Shown here in pieces: positions 54,819 to 64,000 of a DNA stretch of 64,000 nt. Position numbers and translations under genes: made by a program. Source of the DNA: Cyanophora paradoxa CCMP329 (lineage: Eukaryota; Plantae; Glaucophyta); contig QPMI01000709.1 of assembly GCA_004431415.1 (NCBI GenBank), forward strand, positions 248,001 to 312,000. Direction: 5' to 3'. The notes under the pieces are model-generated. The model did not search any database. It worked only from the letters and a program-made list of their open reading frames with translations, and was not told where the DNA came from. Position 1 is the first letter of the stretch, and every line of letters begins with the position of its first letter.

Positions 54819-55749
54819 ATGATTCGGCTGGTCAATATAGATAGCAGAGACCGATCAGATGGACAAATAGAAAACTCCTACAAAGTTGCACTCACAACCC
54901 CAGTGACCAAACCAAGAGAATGTCGAGTTTTGTATGCAGAAATCCCCAACAGCATCTATAACTCCATTGGAACAGATCACCTTCTTGTCAGATTCTACTA
55001 CCAAGGCATCTCTGAAACCAAGCAGGTCTTCCTTCTCCAAGTGGTTATATTAATCAAGGGCATTTCGGGGTCACCAGTCCATATAATTATGGTCTGAATT
55101 TCACATTTACTGGGAGCAACAATCTCACATATGCATTCAAGGTCTACTACAATCCTACCTCCTACAAATTAGAGTTTTACAGTAATGTTCAATTCGAGAT
55201 GGTAGCATCTACACAGAGATTGGGTAAACTTCTTGGGGTGAGTTCTGTTGACTGGGTCGCTTCATTAGAGCAGAACTACGATTTCCCAGAGTCTGCAAGG
55301 TCTTTATATGCCCCCGAGAATTTCCTCTATTTTGCAGGAATCCCAATCACCCCAAACCATCCCCAATGGGGAATCACATTCACAGGATATGAATTCGAGG
55401 CATCTCGCTTAAACTACAAGTTAGAAGCATCCAAGATGACAGACATGAATGCAGAACAGTATTTATACATGCACATTAAAGAACTCTCCCCATTTGCTAC
55501 AAACCACAATATTGTCCAAGATCACAACCACAGAATCAAGGGGCGATTCTCAGATTGCAATTGAGTAAAGATATTGGACAGTATGTTTATCACAGTGGAG
55601 AGCACAGTGAATACATAAAAATAACCGATCGAAACCTTGTGATTAGAGAGTTAACAGTTGAGTTTCGAGATTATTATGGTGATCTTGTTGATATGAATGG
55701 AATAGACAACTCATTCCAGTTGGAGTTCTTGGCTATTGGTAATGATTAA
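54819..55749 (+). CDS. Minor capsid protein (penton) 2, split by two frameshifts (~55030, ~55541)
   Basis: LVNIDSRDR..YKVALTTPV..VLYAEIPNSIYN; YLYMHIKEL; IRELTVEFRDYYGDLVDMNGIDNSFQLEF. Confidence 0.85.
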
Positions 55750-56062
55750 ACCGATCCTGATAGAAAAACTCCCCATCTGTCTCGAAAATATTAAGAAGGG
55801 GACTCTTAGCATCCTCTGTATACCATCGGCGAATTGTATTATCCCATTTAGCACCATTCTTTTTCAAGAATCTACAAAGAGTTGATCTCCTTGTAATTCG
55901 CAATCCCATCTCTTGAAAGATCTCATAATGATCTTGCATTCTATTCACAATCAAGATGTAAGTCCCATGGAAATTGTGATATTGCTGGTTAATCGGCATG
56001 TTTCCTTTACAGCATGATGGGAAATCGTTTGTCATTTTTTTGGCGAAACGAGAGTATCTCAT
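55733..56062 (-). CDS. Small protein with DUF5710-like motif
   Basis: LKKNGAKWDNTIRRWY; first ATG lies inside the right TIR, so the true start is uncertain. Confidence 0.5.
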   Translation of the reverse strand: MRYSRFAKKMTNDFPSCCKGNMPINQQYHNFHGTYILIVNRMQDHYEIFQEMGLRITRRSTLCRFLKKNGAKWDNTIRRWYTEDAKSPLLNIFETDGEFFYQDRFNHYQ

Positions 56063-57400
56063 GAGATAGATGAGAGAATAACAGGTGTGTTTTCAGGGTT
56101 GGAGAAATCGGAGAAACATAGAGTATTGCGATTTCCGAGTTAGTTGACACTGAGAAATTCAGAATTTCAGATGGTCTTACTGAAAATGGTCAGATAATCG
56201 GGTGTGACACCTATTTAATTGACTGTGACGCCTGTGACAGGTGTGACACCTATTTTCAAACTTTTTAAAATTCTCACAAATTACAGACTTCTGAAAACAC
56301 CTGTCACACCTGTCACACCCGTCACACCCAATTAACAAAAGACTCTATTTCTTACTGAGATATTCAAGAATTTATTGTTGTCTTACTGAAAACAGTCTAT
56401 GTGACAGGTGTGACACCTTCAAAATCCACCCAACAATAGTCGATTTCATGAATACCTTTCTGTCTTACTGAAAATGGTAAGGAGACCAGGTGTGACAGGT
56501 AGTTTAATTGAGTGTGACAGGTGTGACAGGTGTGACACCTATTTTCAAACTTTCTAAATTTTTCAAAAATGACAGACTTCTGAAAACACCTGTCACACCT
56601 GTCACACCTGTCACAGACATTCTACCCTCTTACTGACTTTCTCAAAAACAAATATATCTATTACTGAATATCATTTGAATACTACCTGTCACACTTGAAT
56701 TCAATTATTCTGTTTTATAGAACATATGCAATCTAATCGATTGTTCAATTGGAGACCATGCAACTCTGTGACACTTTTTCGATCTAAAATATAAATCCGC
56801 AATCTCATCGATTGTTTAATTGGACATAATGCAGTTCCGATATATTCCAATAGAAAATCCCGCAATCTAATCGATTGTTTAATGGGAGATAATGCAACTC
56901 TGTGACACTTTTTCGGTGCAAAAATGTACATCAGCAATCTCATCGATTGTTCAATTGGACACAATGCAACTCTGTGACACTTTTTGCGTTTTTCGATACA
57001 GAATGGGCGGTGGTCTACTTCAATACATGAGAGATATATCGAGTTTATGCGAATTTATGCAATTTAATCGCAATTATATCGATCTTTAAGCAGTTTAATG
57101 TTAATCTATCGCAGATTTGTATGTAAACAACAAAGTACATAATCAATCGATATAAGATCAATTGAATCTATCGAAGTTTAATCGAAAATATGCATTTTGG
57201 TAAACGCGTTTTCATTTTTAATACAAAGTTTGCATTATTTTATACAAAGTTTGCATAAAAAGTTTAAGAAATTAATCGAAAAATATGTATTTTAGTATTA
57301 AATTAACACATATTGAAAAACGAATTTAAATCCAGAGTGAATCGAGATCGCGAAGCGATCGAGATGAACGAGGGATTTAAATTCGTTTTTCAATATGTGT
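56048..57400 (-). repeat. Right terminal inverted repeat (1353 bp)
   Basis: Reverse complement of 30568-31930, including the terminal palindrome (57306-57400) and the last ~96 nt of the speD-like gene. Confidence 0.95.
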
Positions 57401-57406
57401 GAAATG
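57401..57406. repeat. Right target-site duplication GAAATG
   Basis: Matches 30562-30567. Confidence 0.95.
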
Positions 57407-57861
57407 ATGTCCCCCGGATCGATGTCGTCGCCGCGCTTCCAGCTGCAGGCGCAGGCGTCAGCGATGGGCGCCGCTGGCGCCGGCTTCGCCCCGTTCACCG
57501 CCGCCCGTGGGCCCGCGCCCGGGCCCGCGCCCGGCAATGCCTTCTTCGCGGTGGCCACGGCCACGGGACCCTCGGAGGGTGGGGGTGCGGGGGATCTCGA
57601 TCTCAACTCGAACTCGCCCCACGCTTTCTTCTACGAGCTCGAGGTCGACCCGAACATCAATCCGGAGGCGGCGGCTGCCGCGACCGCGGCGGGCCTCGCG
57701 ATCGGGATGGACATCGGGGGCGGATCTGGAGCATACGGAGGGCCGAACTCGAACGTCAACGCCGCCTCGGCGGCGGCGGCGCTGCAGCAGGCGCAGCTGC
57801 AGCTGCAGGCGCAGGCGCAGGCCCAGGCGCAGGCGCAGGCGCAGGCGATTGCGATAGCAGC

Positions 57862-57910
<49 letters not shown>

Positions 57911-58800
57911 TTACAGTCGATATCTATGCACATTCAGCAGCAGCAGCAAATGCAACAATTGCAAATTAATATTCAACAGCAGCAGCAAATGCAGCAGCAC
58001 ACATATAGGGGCCCGGGCGGCGGCGGAGGCGGCGTAAGAGAAACGGGAGCTCGAGCTCGAGGCAATATCGATGGGACGGGTCACGTCTACGGCTCGTTGC
58101 AGATGGGCGGCTCGACGGGCGCCGGCGCCGTTCATGTTGGGGAGAGCCGCGCCCCCGCGACATCCGGGGGATCCCTCGAGCTCCACAGCCCCTACGACCG
58201 CCCCCGCGATACGTACACTGATCGCGGGCACCCCCACTCGGTCCGCTACGGGCCGCCTGTGCATGCGGGGGCCGGGGCCCGCATCCGTCCTGGCCCCCGG
58301 TACCCGCCCCCGCCCCATGCATTTGGGCAGCTGCAGTCGGGGCCGGGGTCCGGGGCGGATCCGGAGGCGGGGGCGCCGGGGCCGCGGGTGTACCGGCCGC
58401 GGCGCCCCGTGGAGGTCATCCAGGCGGAGCTGACGGAGCGGGAGGACCAGGTCCGGGCCCTCCGCCGCGAGGTCCGCCCCGGCCCCCCGCTCCCCCGCGC
58501 GCCTCTTCTGATCTGTCATTGGTCTGATCGAGTGGCGTGAACGTTAACGCCGGGGCGCGCGCTCGCAGCTTGCAATCGCGCAGCGGCACAAGAAGCGGGA
58601 GGACGCGGCGGAGGCGGCCGCCCGGCTCGCCGCGGCCGCCCATGGCCAGCTCGCGATATCGGGTCCCGGGGGGCAGCTCGAGGGTGCCCCCGGGTTCCCC
58701 GGCGGTGGCCTTGCAATTGGAGGTGCGGACTCGCTTTCGGGCCTAGGCCTGCAGCTGCAGGTGCAGGTGCCGGACGAGGTCGACCACGTGGGCTTAGGCG
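57401..58800 (+). pseudogene. 3' part of the interrupted Gln/Ala-rich host gene (poly-Q tract, short coiled coil)
   Basis: EM-MSPGSMSSPRFQLQAQ continues the frame of the exon at 30511-30567; CAG run at ~57863-57910; 3' end approximate. Confidence 0.6.
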
Positions 58801-60041
58801 CCTGCCTCGAGGTCCACTCTCATGCACAAGACCAACTCGAGCTCGCGATCGACAGCTGATCGCAACATCGATATCGATCCGGCGAGGGCGGCAGCGGATC
58901 CCCGGACCGGGCGACCGGCCCCGCGGCCGGGGGCCGCTGGCCGTCGGTCGTGATCAGCCGCGGGCACCGACGCCCCCCCGCGGATCCCGGATGTGGAGGC
59001 CGTTTGCCGACATTAATTCTCTAGGTTCATACAGCTAATGTATACGTAGTACTAGTCTTGCTCATGATCAGCTGCAAATGTCTTTTTTTTGCTCGATCGA
59101 TATATATCCCTGATCATGATCATCGGATGTGCGATAGTACTTCGCTGTTTCATTTCCCTATCGTTCTAGAAATTTTAAGCTGCATATCATAGTATGGCCA
59201 TGCATATGGCCCAGTGGCTTCTCTTAATACTCTGAGAGTTTCCGAGTTCGAATTCGTATGATCGATAGTAATATTAGTCTGCGTGTTATCGTTTCTTCAT
59301 GATCAAACCATGTGACTCAGTGAGTGCACATATCTTGATTTGCAGATTTGGAGCTGTTATACTGTGATGAATTTCAAGTCAGCCTGCCTAGTGGCAGATT
59401 AAATTAGCATTCGATATTTCGCATTATTCATTGTCGGATCTGCGCATGCGAGTCTTGTTGATTCAGCCGAATACCTCAGCAATACTATGCATATCATAGT
59501 ATGATACATACAGTAATTATAATACGCTTGCAATACCGTGACAGTGACAGTTGCATTTGGCTCCGTGACAGTTGCATTTGACAGTGACAGCTTCCAGGCT
59601 AGCAGTAAATTCAAACGGACCCCATTTCGAATTCTCCATCATATGCAGAAAATTTAGATGCTAGCGCAGCGCCCTCACAGTAGTACGGTACGGCAGCCTG
59701 CGGGGCGCCGCAGTGCAGCTGGCCGGGCCCAATTGCAGGCTCTAATGGCAGTCTCTAGCCTCAAATTTCAAGTTTATTAAATAGCCACTGTGTTAGTGAG
59801 CCACAGTCTAGGCCTGGTTGCCGCCATAGTATTGAGCATGCAGTGTCGAATTCGTTGATTCATGATTTCGTGTTTCGTCTCACTGATCATGAGTCAGACT
59901 CAGAGATATCCCTCAGGGCGTTGCACTCTCGGGGAGCTCGAGCTCGAGGTGCCACTGATCATGATAATGATATGCACCTCGCAATCGGGCGCGGCTGGGG
60001 ATTTTCAAAGCCGACAGCGTACGCTTGCATACAGTAGAGGC

Positions 60042-62098
60042 TCATAGGAACAGGAGGGCCACGTCTTCCGGGGCCAGGGTAGCCCACGGCGGGGACGCGT
60101 ACAGGTAGTAGTGCAGGGGTACGCCCTCCTCCCGCGCCCCGCACGCCTCCAGGGCGCCCCGGGCGGCACCAACGGGTACCCCCTCGTAGATGTCCGCCCC
60201 GGCCTGCGCGATCGCACGCGGCTCTCACTGATTCGGCGAGGAAAAGGGGGAAGGGTAGGGGGGGGGGGGGGGAGGGGGGGTGGCGCACGCGGCGGGCGAG
60301 GACGAGGGCGGCCGCCACGAGGGCAGCGGGGGTACGCGAGCCGGGGAGGAGGTGCCACTGGGAGGCCACCCTCGCGCCCCGCCCCGGAGGGAGTACACGT
60401 AGAACGAGACCTGCGGGGGGGGGGGGGGGGGGGGGGGGGGAAGCACGGATGAGGCTTCGGGAAAGCAAGTAAAAAAAAAGGAGAATTAGGGGAGTGGATG
60501 GGGGTACCAGATCGGAAATGTCGCCGGGCCCGGGCCCGTCGGCGACGTACGAGAAGAGGAGGCCGGGGCGGGGTACGAGGGCGTGCCGGGCCTCCTCGGG
60601 TCGATGCAGGGCGGGGGCGACGCGCACCGCCCCCAGCGCGCGGGCGGCGAGGCGGGCCGCCCCGGGTACGTCGTCCTCCGTCATCTCCCGCAGGCCCCAG
60701 GCCGCCGAGTCGTCCGCGGCGGGGGCGCCGGGGGCGGAAGCCGCCTGCAATCCTCGCACCCGGAGCAGCCTGAAGAAGCAAGGGAGTGAGCGGGCAAGGG
60801 AGAACTCCGGAAGGGGAAGGGAGGGAAGAGGGGCGGACCGTACGGAGAAGGCGGGGCCGGGGAGGAGGGCGGCGGTGGCGGCCATGGCGACCGCCGAGGA
60901 CGCCACTGGGGCGCGGCGGACCACAATTAGAACGGGGCGAGGCGAGGCTTGCAAGAAAACGGGGTGGGACGGGGCGGGGCGGTGCGGGCGCGGAGGCACG
61001 GAGCTTGGCGGCGCAGGCCGTGGCGATGGCGGGGCGGGACGAGGGGGTTGGGGGGGGAGGGGTGGGATGGGGTGGGGTGGAGGCGGATCGGCGTGGCGGG
61101 ACGGGACGGGGCGGGACGGGGCAGCTCGCTGGGGCTAGATATCGACGGGCTGGAGCACTGGCGGGGCGGGGCGGGCGGGGCGGGGCGGGGCGGGCGGGGG
61201 CGTACCCCCCGGGAGGAGACGAGGCGGCGGCGGAGCTCGCGGAAGAGGACGGGCGCGAGGCGCTTGCCGCGCAGCGCCGAGTGGACGGCCAGCAGCGTCC
61301 CCTCCACCGCCCCGCCTCCTCGCCCCGCACAAGCACCCGCTGCATCGGATCGAACCGGGAGCTCAGCGGCGGGGCGGGGCGGGCGGGGCGGGCGCCAGGC
61401 CGGGCGGGGCGGACGGTGGGCATGGCGGCGGCGTAGGCGACGAGGCCGCGCTGCGCGTGCCGCACGCCCACGCTCACCGCCGGCGCCCCGGGCCGCTCCA
61501 GGACCCACCTGCGCGCGATCGCACTTCAAGCAGACCGCGCCAGCGCACGCGGCTTCGTGCAAGCGCACCGAACGAAGTCCGAAGTCACATCGAACCCGAC
61601 GTAGTGCTCCTGCGACCGGGCGCGTTCAGCGGGGCGCTCGGCGGGCGCGGCGCTGTGGGCCGGCCGGGCGGACCGAGAGGAAGGAGCAGAGCTCGGCGAG
61701 GGCGGCGGCATCGGCCCAGTCGACGTCCTCCCACGCGAAGCGCGGCGGGAGGGGCGTCGGCGCGTCGCCCTCGCGCTGCGCGAAGCCCTCCGCCGAGGCG
61801 GACGACCAGAAGCCCGCCGCCCCCGCCACCGCGCCGGCGATCGGGCGCACCGACGGTGCTGTGGCTGCAGAAGCTAAGAGAACACTCGCACGTGCACGGA
61901 GCGTGCCACGGTGCGCCGAGCGTGCACCGGCAGTAGCTGAGCTGGCTCGAGCTCGCCGCGGGTTCGACTCCGGTCCGGGTTCGGCCCAAGCTTAGGTTCC
62001 GCCGCGCCCGCGTGTGCGCGGCCGCGGCCGGCCGCGGCAGCTGCAGCTTGCAGCCGCTGAGCTGCAGGCGACGCGATCGCGAGTCGCGACAGGCGCAT
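60042..62098 (-). CDS. Host multi-exon gene: divergent glycylpeptide N-myristoyltransferase-like protein
   Basis: FWSS..LPPRFAWEDVD..LAELCSFL..HYV; VGVR..LVAY; LAVHSALRGKRLAPVLFRELRRR; GLREMTEDDVP; ISDL/VSFY; LHYYLY..PEDVALLFL*. Start uncertain. Confidence 0.8.
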
Positions 62099-62378
62099 GC
62101 GCAGCTGCAGGCATGGAAATTCATGGGCCCCCGAATACGAATTTGAAGCCTTTGAAGGACGTCGCGCGCGCGTCGACGTCGACCATGGCCAAGGCCGAGG
62201 GAGAATGGTGCGGCTGGCGCTAGCGCTGCGAGCCTACGACGTCCGACGGTCGACGCGAGATATGCACTACAATATATACACTCAGAGCTGTGACTGCAAT
62301 ATTTAGCGGGACTGGGAGAGGGGCCGGGGGATTGGGGGGACGTGATGGGGGCGTACAGCGACGAGGGCGCGCGCCGGC

Positions 62379-64000
62379 TCAGGGGGCGAAGATGCCGGTG
62401 GTGCCGCGGCGGACGAAGAGGCTGCGGCGGGGCGCGGGGGCGCCGGCCGAGGCCGAGGCGGAGAGGTGGAGGGGGAGGAGGCCCTTGTTGGGCCCCCCCT
62501 CGTGCGGCGGCTCCTCGTCCGTCCGCGGGCTGTCGTACCCCCCGAGGCCCTCCGCCGCGGAGGCGCCCGAGCTCGAGGGCTCGGAGGGGGATACGCTGTT
62601 CAGGAGGGAGACGGCGGTGGAGAGGGAGGAGAGGGAGAGGGACGAGGAGGCGGAGCCCAGGCGGGGGGCCTTCTGCCCCCCCTCCCCGCGCTGCCGCCCG
62701 CCCGCGTCAAGCTCCCGCGTCCACCGGGGGAGCGGTCTCCGAGGGCAGGGGGGGGGGGGGGGCGAACGAACCTTCTCCCACTCGACGAGGATCTCCTGGA
62801 GAGCGGTCTCCTCGCGGAGGCGCCGCGGCACCGGCTGCACGACCTGCGCCCCGGCGGCGTCAGCGGCACAGACAGGATCAAAGCGTGAAGAGAGCGGGGC
62901 GGGGCGGGGCGGGGCGGGCCTGCTCGAGGAAGAACTTGAGGGCGAAGATGGTGTGCTCGACGGTGACGATGAGGAAGAGCTTCCAGAAGCGGCTGTAGCG
63001 CGTCCCCAGCGACGAGAAGAACTCGTCGATCTGCGCCGGCGAGGCGCGCGGCCACGGGCTCAGCTGGCGGCTGGCGAGGGGTCGGCCCTAGGCTCCAAGG
63101 CTCGGGCCTCGGATGGCGGCCGGCCGGCAGCATGCGTGCGCCCACCCTCCTCCCCCTTGCTAGGGCTCCGAGGGCGGGCGGGGCGGGGCGGACGGTGGTG
63201 GAGACGAAGCAGATGAGGAGGACGTTGGTGATGATGGAGACGTTCGTGAGGAGGCGCAGCATCGTCAGCCACGAGCCGATGTCCCGCGCCGCCGTCTGCT
63301 GCGCATCAGAGGCGGCGGGGCGGGCGGGGCGGGCGGGAGGGGGGGAGGGGGCGGGGCGGACGACGCGGGGCCGCTGCTGGACGCCCAGGAGCTGCGGCGC
63401 GAGGGGCGAGGTCAGAGGCTGGGCGGGGCTCCCTTAACGCGCGCGCGCGTGCGGGCGGGCGGCGCCGGATATTACGGGCGGGGGTGCTGGTGCTATCGCC
63501 TTGGCCTAGCGCGAGGGCGCGGGCGGGGGGCGGGCCTTCATGGCGTCGGTGCGGATCTCGATGACGTTGTTGAGCCAGGCGAGGAAGGCGGCGAGGGGAA
63601 GCCCGCCGCGAAGAGGACGACGTACCCGAACTGCAGCACCTGCGGCCGGCGCGTGAGCAGAGGAGGCGAAGGAGCAGCGCTCACAAGATGCTTGGACGGG
63701 GGGTACGCGCCATCTCGCGGTACTCGTCGAAGAGGGAGGGCTCCTGGAGGCTCCCCTCCGCCTCCGTCTTGGAGGGCCGCAGCACGCCCCCCGCGGCCGC
63801 CGCAGAAGAGAGCACCAGCGAGCGGCGCCGCGAGGAGGCGAGGAGGTCGCCCCCGGAGGCGGAGGCGGAGGAGCGGAGGAGGGCGGCGCGGGCGCGGCGG
63901 TAGAGGGTCGTCGCGTTCGCCCGCACGAAGGGCACCAGCACCTCGAACACGTTCCCTGGGCGGGGGGGGTCGGGGTGAGGAAGAGCCGGCGGGCGTCCCC
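62379..64000 (-). CDS. Host multi-exon gene (3' part): anoctamin/TMEM16 family channel or scramblase
   Basis: LFDEYREM / VLQFGYV..FAAGFPLAAFLAWLNNVIEIRTDAMK; IGSWLTMLRLLTNVSIITN; IVTVEHTIFALKF. Runs off the window. Confidence 0.88.

Larger units (their letters stand above)
30568..57400. mobile_element. Complete endogenous Polinton-like virus / Maverick-type element (26,833 bp)
   Basis: Sharp drop in GC; intronless compact ORFs; termini ACACAT...ATGTGT; ~1.36-kb TIRs; 6-bp TSD; integrase, pPolB, primase-helicase, A32 ATPase and capsid genes. Confidence 0.97.

Noticed and set aside
30568-57400. Classification as a virophage (Lavidaviridae), bacterial prophage or contaminant
   Set aside because: No virophage-type cysteine protease seen and the candidate MCP is shorter than typical virophage MCPs; no terminase or portal; both junctions sit in host sequence with a TSD.
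57458-57933. Poly-Leu and poly-Cys ORFs on the minus strand
   Set aside because: Antisense readings of the CAG/poly-Gln tract.

Overview
GC-rich, intron-rich eukaryotic (protist/algal) DNA. Ordinary host genes lie at both ends: R3H/R3HCC1-like, pepsin-type aspartic protease and RHL1 on the left; a divergent N-myristoyltransferase-like gene and an anoctamin on the right. Between them is a ~49-kb mobile-DNA island. It holds a 396-bp hAT-type MITE with an 8-bp TSD, a ~14-kb non-coding foldback element carrying a ~40-copy 161-bp satellite, and a complete 26.8-kb AT-rich endogenous Polinton-like virus (PLV; 30568-57400). The PLV has ~1.36-kb TIRs and a 6-bp GAAATG TSD, and sits inside a coding exon of a Gln/Ala-rich host gene. 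It encodes a retroviral-type integrase, pPolB, Prim-Pol/SF3 helicase, A32 ATPase, a probable major capsid protein and two pentons. Unusual traits: a 95-nt fold-back palindrome at each terminus; TGTGACAGG iteron modules in the TIRs and just behind the helicase; a pPolB whose proofreading domain looks destroyed; a prokaryote-type S-adenosylmethionine decarboxylase; strong CpG depletion in at least one gene; a five-gene phage-like fibre cassette with swapped tips; and a patatin-discoidin fusion. Most reading-frame breaks fall in homopolymers and may be assembly errors. All family assignments come from motif recognition, not database searches.
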